Source: Patescibacteria group bacterium
GTDB lineage: Bacteria > Patescibacteriota > Microgenomatia > UBA8517
Direction of reading: 5' to 3'
NCBI GenBank assembly: GCA_038062915.1
Contig: JBBTWD010000004.1
Span: 1 to 57,212 of the forward strand
Length of the DNA: 57,212 nt
Below are positions 1-7,847 of the stretch, piece by piece. The position numbers and the translations under genes are program-made. Position 1 is the stretch's first letter; each line of letters starts with the position of its first letter. The notes under the pieces were generated by a model, which was not told the DNA's origin, searched no databases, and was given only the letters and a program-made list of their open reading frames with translations.

Positions 1-20
1 AAAAGAACAAAACAAACAAA

Positions 21-296
21 CTAACAACTAACTATTGACACAAAAGGATGCCAAGCAAGTATTCCACTAGCCTCACCCTTCTCAATCCGATCAATCATAC
101 TATTAAATATTGGTCTTCCCGGAACTTTGGCTGACTGTTTTTCTATAAGTTCCTCAACAATATTTAACCCCTCACGCTTTGTTAGTTCACGAAGTTCGAC
201 TAGCTGCGCTTCAATAGATAATACTTGCTTGTCTTCTACATCAGTAGACTTTCTTGAGTAGAGGAAGAATTTATTTATGTTTAACGAAGTAGGCAT
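21..296 (-). pseudogene. Large serine recombinase, N-terminal catalytic-domain fragment (~84 homologous aa)
   Basis: FFLYSRKSTDVEDKQVLSIEAQ matches the catalytic-Ser region of resolvase/large serine recombinases. Homology ends after ILAWHP (normally followed by DRLSR), then a T/G-rich tail and a stop. Confidence 0.7.
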
Positions 297-463
297 TAAT
301 TATTTATATACCCGTAAATAGTACGAAGCAATACATCAAATACTATCAATTTATTTACCTAATTGATTTGTTTTGTTTGTTTAGAGTTGTGTTAGAAAAA
401 GTCCGTGGAGAAGCCCAAAACCAATGGTCGGCGCTAGGCGCCGACCCGACAAGTCGCACTATG

Positions 464-678
464 GTGCGTATATATGAACTCGCTCGAAGTTATTTTACCA
501 AACACTGTTAACAAATACAAAGAAGAATGTTTGCGTCAAGAAAAGGGGTTAAAGGGGAATTGAATTGACGCAATGTGTTAGCTCGCCGCTTCGCGGCTCG
601 CTAAACGCAACATGTCAGCTCAGCCCTTCGGCTTCGCTCAGGGCTTCGCTTATTCACTTTCACTCGCAATCCGCCAAA
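464..678. repeat. Left copy of a perfect 215-bp inverted repeat (partner 26397-26611)
   Basis: Checked base by base: the reverse complement of 26397-26611 equals 464-678 with no mismatch. Identity breaks at 463/26612 and 679/26396. Confidence 0.95.
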
Positions 679-742
679 TATGCCTATTGATAACATAAAA
701 TACTCAAATACAAATACGAATAATAATTTTATACAATTGAGG

Positions 743-1261
743 CTAATTACTCCAAATACCTAAATGCTTTTGTTTGGCTTCTTCTTGTACCTTTAGAAGT
801 TCTTGTTGATGAATAAATGGTTTTCTTTTTTGGTAGATAACAAGTTCGGCCAAACCTTTTTTAACAAGTTCAATGGAGACATTAGTTCCATCGGGAAGAA
901 TTGGATAGGCTAGAATTCTTCCGAACTTGTCAGATTTGTAGTTATCATATTCAAGCCTAATTTCTTTATCTTCCACAAATTTCCTATTTTCCTCAGTTGA
1001 TTCTTTGTAAAAGTTTTCTCCGGTTTCCGGAGCAGTCATTCCTACATAACGTAGAACTAACCCATTCTGAAGTTCTACGGTGTCTCCGTCAATTACACGC
1101 TTAACATGACCTTCTTTGGGAAGCTTGGTAACATCTTGGCTTTCTATTACCTCTCTTGATTCAAGTATCTTCCTAACTTCCTCTTCATACTGGTTGCCTT
1201 TGATTAAATCCTTGATGTTTTTTAGAAGATCGACGGGGATTAAAACAAATTTGTCACTCAT
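743..1261 (-). CDS. Thermonuclease (staphylococcal nuclease, SNase) family protein
   Basis: VIDGDTVEL...LRYVGMTAPE...KFGRILAY...EEAKQKHLGIWS is the SNase/OB-fold motif pattern. No obvious signal peptide. Confidence 0.8.
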   Translation of the reverse strand: MSDKFVLIPVDLLKNIKDLIKGNQYEEEVRKILESREVIESQDVTKLPKEGHVKRVIDGDTVELQNGLVLRYVGMTAPETGENFYKESTEENRKFVEDKEIRLEYDNYKSDKFGRILAYPILPDGTNVSIELVKKGLAELVIYQKRKPFIHQQELLKVQEEAKQKHLGIWSN

Positions 1262-1265
1262 TTTG

Positions 1266-1370
1266 CTATTTTGTAACTCTCCCTAACCAAAAGAAGAAAA
1301 TAAACACAAGAACAATTCCAATAATATTTACTAGCCAAGTTATATCAATGCTCTTTTTCTCTTTATTCAT
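1266..1370 (-). CDS. Possible 34-aa single-pass membrane micro-protein
   Basis: ATG at 1370, TAG at 1266-1268. Translation MNKEKKSIDITWLVNIIGIVLVFIFFFWLGRVTK has one hydrophobic helix. The stop lies 4 nt upstream of the SNase start. It is below the ORF-track size cutoff. Confidence 0.25.
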   Translation of the reverse strand: MNKEKKSIDITWLVNIIGIVLVFIFFFWLGRVTK

Positions 1371-1396
1371 AATTTATATTACACCATACAATTACC

Positions 1397-2500
1397 TTAA
1401 TTGCTTTTTTCATCATCGTCTCCACCAGGAAGCGACAGTTTTTTGATGTCCGGTAAAGCAGGTCCCATTATTCCCTGTAATTCTCCATACATTTTAGACA
1501 TATTATTTATCGTTCTATTTATTTGTGTTTCTCTTTTTTTCCATGACCTTTCCATCGATCTTTTCTCTGTCAGAAGATCATCCTGCATTTCAACTACTCC
1601 TTCGGCAAACGCTTCAAATCTATTTCTGAACGCCTCACTTTGAAGATATTGATATAGAGATTCCAGTTTTTCATCTTTATTTTCTGCGGTGAACTTTGCC
1701 GAAGCAATTGACATAACATTTCTTCGCAACAGTCCGGCAAGCGGAAGAATATAGGGGTATGAAGTAATAATTACTCCTTCAACAGTTTGGAAGTTTTGAA
1801 TTTCCCCCGGGAGGTTTATGGTGACCAGCACCACCAAAGTTGCGTCAAATTTTCTTCCGTCTTCCCGAAGTTTGGGAAGCCAAGAAGGACTCCATTTAGC
1901 TCTTTTTGTTTCCCAAAGAATTGTCCCTGCAATCTTCCCCGCCTGATTTTTAACTGTTTGAATAATATCTCCCCCCTCAACACCTTTGCCTATCGGAGAA
2001 ATTTCATCATATGTAAATGCTTTTTTGAGTTTAGTTTCTAAATCAAGCTCCAACACTTCTCCCTGAAGTTGTTGAGAGCCTTGTTTTGCCTTTGCTTGGG
2101 CATCAATAAGAGCTTTTTCGGTATCTGTAAGTTTCTTCTTAAGCTCTTCCACTTCTAAACCGGTTTTTTCTCTTTCCTGTTTTGCCCCTTCTTCACGGGC
2201 TTTACCTGATTCTTCATTTATTTTCTTTTGAGCCTCGATATCTCTTTTGTCATTCTGATCTTTTAATTCTCTGATACTTTTAGTCAGTTCCAACAATTGA
2301 TTCCCCAACTCTTTATTTCTATCCCGAAGTTCCTGATTTTCGTTTTCTTTATCCTTGACTTTCAGATCGATCTCTGCCAACGCTTCTTTTTTACCCTTTT
2401 CTCTTTCTTCAACACGGAATTGTTCTTCAAAATCATGGCGTAAAGCCTCAGATATTTCAATTTCTTTGCCGCAGTATTTACATTTAATCGTATTTTTCAT
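1397..2500 (-). CDS. DUF2130-type protein: N-terminal CxxC, long coiled coil, C-terminal PD-(D/E)xK-like module
   Basis: CKYCGKEI at the N-terminus, then a Lys/Glu-rich coiled coil. The C-terminus reads GVEGGDIIQTV...GTILWETKRAKWSPSWLPKLRED (D...E-x-K pattern), typical of DUF2130. Confidence 0.7.
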   Translation of the reverse strand: MKNTIKCKYCGKEIEISEALRHDFEEQFRVEEREKGKKEALAEIDLKVKDKENENQELRDRNKELGNQLLELTKSIRELKDQNDKRDIEAQKKINEESGKAREEGAKQEREKTGLEVEELKKKLTDTEKALIDAQAKAKQGSQQLQGEVLELDLETKLKKAFTYDEISPIGKGVEGGDIIQTVKNQAGKIAGTILWETKRAKWSPSWLPKLREDGRKFDATLVVLVTINLPGEIQNFQTVEGVIITSYPYILPLAGLLRRNVMSIASAKFTAENKDEKLESLYQYLQSEAFRNRFEAFAEGVVEMQDDLLTEKRSMERSWKKRETQINRTINNMSKMYGELQGIMGPALPDIKKLSLPGGDDDEKSN

Positions 2501-2584
2501 TTTTCTTATTTTCTCACAGACTCCCTATACTTACAAAAGTCACAATTTACCTTTTCTATTTGGATTGTAATATTGAGACATGTA

Positions 2585-4846
2585 TTATTCAGTAATACTT
2601 TTTAGCATAAAGTTGTAATGCCTTTCATCCTCGGTTTTTACGAGTTCCAATAAATCATTAACGATTGATCGAGTTTCACTCAATATTGTCATATCAAAAT
2701 CTTGTACTCCGCTCTCATATCTTGGATGTGAATGTGTTTGCACAAACCGCTCTATTCTGGTCTTCTTAATTGAATCAAATTCAATATGTTCTAGTCTTTT
2801 ATGGATATCTGTCACCCCTAAATTTAAGGGGATTCTAAAAGCCAAAAAACTTTCAAGAAATTTTCTTGCTATATTTGGCATTGGATATAATTTTTCCAAT
2901 TCCTGCTGGTTGTTCTTTATAAAGTTATAAAGAACACTGAAAAGAAAATGGTATTCTGATTCATACTCTATTAGTAACCTGTCAATTTTCATTATTACTG
3001 AGTTTCGTAACCCTGATGAAGAATTACAGACAATCATAAAAAATTCCCTATCGCTTTTATTGCAGAATAAAAACCATCTTTTGATTTGTCTAAAGAAATC
3101 AAAGTGGTGTGTTAATATTATTATTTGCCCAGCATCCTTTATAAACTCCCTAATAAAACTAAAGGCTTGAAATATTGCGTTTGAGTCTAGACTAGAAACT
3201 GGGTCGTCAATTACAACTATACTGTTTTTTAAATCAAAACCATCTTCCTGTAGTCTCGCTAGGAAATACACAATGGCTAGTGCGGTCTTTTCTCCTTCGC
3301 TTAAGTTTTTGGCAATTTCTCCATTACGAGTAATCTGATAACCATTCTTGGTCTCGCTAGCTCTTAACTGTATATCGTTACGACCCAAAAACTGTTGTAA
3401 ATTTTTATTAATTTGTTGAGTGGGAATATAATGACTGATTAAATTCTCTTTGAGAGTTTTTATCTCTTCTTCTTTTTGCTTGATCGCCACTAAGGAACTA
3501 GAATAGTCCTTTTGAGACGTCTCATTTTCTTTAAGTACTTCATTGTAGGTTGGTAGAAATTCAGCTATAAAATGTAACTCAAAATCCTTTTTGTCTTTAT
3601 CTATCTGAATTTCAAAGTTACTCGTTTTTTGATTATGACGTCTAATAATTACATTTATATTTGAAAATGCTACAGTGTCGATTGAACCAACCCTGTCTAA
3701 AATTGGTTGAAAGAAAAGATTCTGTTCCTTTTGCTCAAGAACTGCGACAAAAGAATCTAATAACTTATTAAAATTAAAAACAGTAGCGTCTCCTCTTTTC
3801 TTCTCCAAGAGGTATTCAACAGTTAGATCATCATAGAATATGGAAGATTCTGGAAACTCAACTTTAACCCGTCTTAAGTTGCATTTGTCTTTTAATTCTT
3901 GAACCGAGCGGAGCATGTTTTGATATTCATCGTTGAAGTGATTCTCCAAGTCTTTAATACGACTTGATGGTATTTTTTGGTCACAAAATGCACATACGTT
4001 TAGAGTTTTGTCTCTATAAATTTCCAGCCCTCTTTCTACCCATTTACTTATTACTTCATCTTTTTGCAATCCTGCTATTACTTTTGAGATTACGGTTTTT
4101 GAGAGGATTATCCTTATTTCTTTTTCAAGTTCTGTTATGTCTAAATCGGGGATGGGCAGTGTATCAACTTTATCTTTGCTTGTTTGTAGAATCGATTTTT
4201 TAACTGAAGCTATACGCACCGCAGATAATTTGAGATCACTAATATTTTTTAGTTTTTCGGAGTTATTCTTGATTGCATCTTCAAGAGTTGGTCGTTCATA
4301 GTTTCTATAACTATCATCCCGCATTGGTGTAGTCAGTGCAGTTCTAATATCTCTTGCTTTATTTGAAAGTGTTCTATCTTTATTTTCTTTTGCCTTATTA
4401 AGTCGCATTTCTTTTGAGGATAAGTCTTTTCTTAGTAGTACTAAATCAATCTCATCTTGTGTAATTTTTTCCTTATCTTTCTTACTTTGTTTTCCAAGAA
4501 AAAAAATTGGTTTTGGACCGCTATCACAAAAAATACTATCTTCTATAAAGTCTTTATTAAAAACTCTGATATTCTTAAGGACTGATAAGTCGTTATTGCT
4601 AATCAAGGTTCCGTCATCTAGTTTGAACTCAAACTCTGATTGTCTTTCTGAAATATCAAAAAAGTTTTGACCCAATTCAAACGATCTTAATATACGAGAA
4701 AAACAAGTTTTACCAGAACCGTTCCAACCATATATTAAATTGTATTTAGCAAATTTAGAAAGATCGGTTGCTGGTTTAAAATCCATAAAGGAAGGAAAGT
4801 TACGTATTTTTACTATTTTTTTTATCATTGTCATTATTCCCCCCAA
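2585..4846 (-). CDS. RloC/PrrC-like ABC-type ATPase with predicted anticodon-nuclease C-terminal domain
   Basis: Walker A GWNGSGKT, signature LSEGEK, Walker B VVIDDP and H-loop LTHH. The coiled-coil insertion carries CAFC (CxxC, zinc-hook-like). The C-terminus reads ARKFLESF...QTHSHPR, like the PrrC/RloC nuclease motif. Overlaps the hsdM/S stop. The true start may be an internal Met a few codons in. Confidence 0.7.
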   Translation of the reverse strand: MGGIMTMIKKIVKIRNFPSFMDFKPATDLSKFAKYNLIYGWNGSGKTCFSRILRSFELGQNFFDISERQSEFEFKLDDGTLISNNDLSVLKNIRVFNKDFIEDSIFCDSGPKPIFFLGKQSKKDKEKITQDEIDLVLLRKDLSSKEMRLNKAKENKDRTLSNKARDIRTALTTPMRDDSYRNYERPTLEDAIKNNSEKLKNISDLKLSAVRIASVKKSILQTSKDKVDTLPIPDLDITELEKEIRIILSKTVISKVIAGLQKDEVISKWVERGLEIYRDKTLNVCAFCDQKIPSSRIKDLENHFNDEYQNMLRSVQELKDKCNLRRVKVEFPESSIFYDDLTVEYLLEKKRGDATVFNFNKLLDSFVAVLEQKEQNLFFQPILDRVGSIDTVAFSNINVIIRRHNQKTSNFEIQIDKDKKDFELHFIAEFLPTYNEVLKENETSQKDYSSSLVAIKQKEEEIKTLKENLISHYIPTQQINKNLQQFLGRNDIQLRASETKNGYQITRNGEIAKNLSEGEKTALAIVYFLARLQEDGFDLKNSIVVIDDPVSSLDSNAIFQAFSFIREFIKDAGQIIILTHHFDFFRQIKRWFLFCNKSDREFFMIVCNSSSGLRNSVIMKIDRLLIEYESEYHFLFSVLYNFIKNNQQELEKLYPMPNIARKFLESFLAFRIPLNLGVTDIHKRLEHIEFDSIKKTRIERFVQTHSHPRYESGVQDFDMTILSETRSIVNDLLELVKTEDERHYNFMLKSITE

Positions 4847-7842
4847 ACTTGATTTAAAATTTCCTCAATTCTTTTTTCCGCTTCAGATTTTAGTAGCCGC
4901 ACGCCTTCAAGTGCCTGCATCTGTCGATTAAGTTTTTCTACAATTTGACGTTGGGTTTCGAGAGGAGGGAGAGGAATTTCAAGCTTTTTAACTATTTCTA
5001 AATTGAGATGTGGAACGCCGCCACCGCTATAATCTTGTCCGCGAATTTTATCGTATATTGAACGCAGAAAATACCAAACAAAATAAGGATCGGCTTTTTT
5101 GTTATCTATAACTACTCCAGCACAATTTTGAGTAATTGCAGCTGATACTTTAATCATTGCAGTTCGTCCTCTTGTCTGACCCTGCCCATACATTGCAATC
5201 AATATCGTATTGATAGGATAAAGCTTAAGTCCATAGTCCTTAATAGCAGTGTCTGAAAGCTTTTCTGCAGTATCTATTATTTCTGTTTCGTTAACTTCTG
5301 TTGTTAAAACCCAATTATTTATGCCGTCAAAATAATCTAAATTTGCTCTCGAAGGCGTAGATCCTGTTCCAATTAGTTCTGAGATATTGTTAAGTTTTAT
5401 TGTATTCGCGAACAAAGGAAAATTGATAATAAATCCTTCTTCGATTCTCTCCGCTCCATCTATAATCTGCTTTTGTTTTTCTATTTTTTCCACGATTTCG
5501 TTTTGGACTTCAAGAGGTGGAAGAGGGATTTGAAGTTGTAAAAACTTGTCTTCATGAAATCTTGTTTGTGCAGCACCAGTCGGGTTTTGCTCAATAACTT
5601 TATCAATAAACTTTTGATTTTGAACAACTAATGCTATATATTTTGGATTTACCTTAATTGCTCTATACCTAAAAACTGGCATATCAACCGTTACCACTGC
5701 ACCATCTAAACTTTCTGGAATTAAGCCAATTGCTCCGGTATGTAAACCTAAGCGAGAATAAATAAGTAAATCACCTTGCGACAAGTCAATTAATACTTGG
5801 TTTTTAGTTCCTATCTCTGATTTTAATTTTATTTTGCGAAGTTTTACATCGCCAGTATTTGAAACTGTAATTTGTTTATATTTTTTATCCTCATCAATTG
5901 TGATTTTATTTTCATAGCACTCTAGAATTTCAGATAATGGCACATTGGGATACTGAAATCCTTTTCTCAAAATTTCTTCGAGTTTCTGTAATTTCTCGTC
6001 TTTTTCCAAAACCTTTTTATCCAACCTGCTCAAATACTCCCGCGCGATATCCATTTGCAAGGCATTTTTGCAGTCAAAAGAAGCGAGGATTTGCAAAGCA
6101 ATTTTTGGTTCAGATTTTTGCAATTCTTGATAACGTTTTTCAATCTTTGAGCCGTTTTTTATTTCTACGCCTTTTAGAGTTTCCTGCCAGTCTTTTACTT
6201 GTTCATCCGACAAGCTACTGCGATAGTTTTGTAAATTGAAATGATAGGAATGGGCTTTTTCTATTGCCTTGGCGACTTCATTGTCAATTTGCCCTTCGAT
6301 AATATTATCAAACTGCCACAACTTTTCATCATAGAATTCTTTGCTGATTTTTTTATCTTTCAGTTTTTTATCTATATCTTCAACAAGTTTTTCGCGCTTT
6401 TTAATATTCTTTTCTTTGGTCTTTTCGCTTACTTCCTTTTTAATCCTTTCGGCAATTCGCGGATCAAGTGTTTCTATTTGCTCCTTGAATACGCAAAAAC
6501 TATGCTTGGTGTCTTGCGGTTTTTTGCCTTGTTTTACTTCTTTGAAAATTTCTAATAATTCAGGAATTTGACCATTCGCAATCGCTTTACGGTTTGTTCC
6601 CATTGAAAAACCATCGTTTTCAATTTTGTAAAACCAAACAAAATCAGTCGGCTGACCTTTTTCAAAATATAAGATAGAAGTTTTGGCACCTTGTCCGCTT
6701 TTACTCACAAACACGCCCTGTGGAAGACTAATGACGGCTCGCAAATTAGCGTCATTTAGTAGAATTTTTCGCAACGCACAAGCACTATTTTGTCCCCAAG
6801 TAAGAAAACCTTGCGAAACAACAATCGCACAACGTCCGTTTTGCTTGAGTAGATCAAACATCAATTTGACAAACAAAATTGTGGTTTCTGGTTCTTTTGA
6901 ATATTCTTCCCACACATTGGGATAGGCTGGTTGATCTCTCTCTGCCCCAAATGGAGGATTAGCAATAACTATACTTTTACTTTCGTGATCTCTAGCAGGA
7001 TCGTAGAGTTTTAAGGAGTCTCCCTGTTCAATGTTGTGAGGATTAAGACCACGAATATACATATTCACTGCAGCCATTTTTCTTATTCTTCCCTGGTACT
7101 CAATACCACCAATACCTGTACGATAAAATTGATTGGCTACGTTTTCGGAGGGGATTTGCCGCAATTGTTTTGCTTTCTCTATAACATATTCATATGCGTC
7201 AAACAGAAAACCTGCTGTTCCACAAGCAGGATCAAATATTGAATCATTAAAGCTAGGGTCAACCATTTTGACCATCATCTGCCGTATATGACTTGGTGTT
7301 CTATATAAACCTAAATCTTTAGTTCCTCCTGTCTCTGAAAGAGCTGATTCAATAGCGTCACCTAATAAATCTGTTTTTAGTATCCATTTTTCATCTACTT
7401 CGTTAACTAGCCCGATAACCTCGGCAATAACGCCACCTTTTACATTGTTTGTGAAATTCGAATTTGCAAATACTTCCTCCATCAACACCAACTGGTCTTG
7501 CATTTTAGTTGGCAAGTTTCCAGTAATAACGCTTCTCGTTTTGATTAATATTGTTGAGTAAAAAGGAAATACATTTTTATTAACCTCTGATAATATTTGT
7601 TCTCCTGTAAGAGATAATAAATGAGAAAACAGTAATCGGTAATTTTCTCCCTCAAATAATTTTCGGAGTGGAGCAAACGCCGCATCTTGCTTAATCTTTG
7701 TTTCAAAAATTCGAAGAAGTAACAATTCGATGATATATTCAACCCGTTCAACAGGAGTTCCTGCGGGTCTCAACTTATTATGAAGTCGTTTAAGAATATT
7801 ATTTGTTTCATTGTCTGCGTAATGTACTGTTGATCTGCCCAT
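4834..7842 (-). CDS. Type I R-M methyltransferase fused to a complete specificity subunit (HsdM-HsdS fusion, 1002 aa)
   Basis: Motif I FDPACGTAGFL, motif IV IANPPFG and the HsdM C-terminal-like HFNLQNYR, then a Lys/Glu-rich linker. Two TRDs follow, each ending in an HsdS conserved helix (IPLPPLEVQNEIVEKIEKQ and IPLPPLETQRQIVEKLNRQ). Confidence 0.8.
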   Translation of the reverse strand: MGRSTVHYADNETNNILKRLHNKLRPAGTPVERVEYIIELLLLRIFETKIKQDAAFAPLRKLFEGENYRLLFSHLLSLTGEQILSEVNKNVFPFYSTILIKTRSVITGNLPTKMQDQLVLMEEVFANSNFTNNVKGGVIAEVIGLVNEVDEKWILKTDLLGDAIESALSETGGTKDLGLYRTPSHIRQMMVKMVDPSFNDSIFDPACGTAGFLFDAYEYVIEKAKQLRQIPSENVANQFYRTGIGGIEYQGRIRKMAAVNMYIRGLNPHNIEQGDSLKLYDPARDHESKSIVIANPPFGAERDQPAYPNVWEEYSKEPETTILFVKLMFDLLKQNGRCAIVVSQGFLTWGQNSACALRKILLNDANLRAVISLPQGVFVSKSGQGAKTSILYFEKGQPTDFVWFYKIENDGFSMGTNRKAIANGQIPELLEIFKEVKQGKKPQDTKHSFCVFKEQIETLDPRIAERIKKEVSEKTKEKNIKKREKLVEDIDKKLKDKKISKEFYDEKLWQFDNIIEGQIDNEVAKAIEKAHSYHFNLQNYRSSLSDEQVKDWQETLKGVEIKNGSKIEKRYQELQKSEPKIALQILASFDCKNALQMDIAREYLSRLDKKVLEKDEKLQKLEEILRKGFQYPNVPLSEILECYENKITIDEDKKYKQITVSNTGDVKLRKIKLKSEIGTKNQVLIDLSQGDLLIYSRLGLHTGAIGLIPESLDGAVVTVDMPVFRYRAIKVNPKYIALVVQNQKFIDKVIEQNPTGAAQTRFHEDKFLQLQIPLPPLEVQNEIVEKIEKQKQIIDGAERIEEGFIINFPLFANTIKLNNISELIGTGSTPSRANLDYFDGINNWVLTTEVNETEIIDTAEKLSDTAIKDYGLKLYPINTILIAMYGQGQTRGRTAMIKVSAAITQNCAGVVIDNKKADPYFVWYFLRSIYDKIRGQDYSGGGVPHLNLEIVKKLEIPLPPLETQRQIVEKLNRQMQALEGVRLLKSEAEKRIEEILNQVWGE

Positions 7843-7847
7843 ATTTT

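Noticed and set aside
1-20. T/G-rich motif TTTGTTTTGTT(C) recurring at 1-20 (reverse complement), 366-384, 19166-19178 and 25756-25770, possibly marking element ends.
   Set aside because: There are only about 15 shared bases of very low complexity in an AT-rich genome. This cannot be distinguished from chance without genome-wide statistics.
385-420. GAAAAAGTCCGTGG, and CAGGAAAGTC on the minus strand near 26265-26274, resemble the RNase P P4 motif GAGGAAAGUCC.
   Set aside because: The other universally conserved RNase P blocks (for example the ACAGAA...GGCUUA region) were not found at an appropriate distance. The matches are short.
5937-7242. Plus-strand ORFs of 68-104 aa inside the hsdM/S gene. 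Similar antisense ORFs occur inside most large minus-strand genes (for example 1401-2570, 8446-9702, 22382-22777, 55330-55782).
   Set aside because: They are low-complexity Phe/Leu/Ser-rich translations of the antisense strand of well-supported genes. They have no motifs and are typical shadow ORFs in AT-rich DNA.
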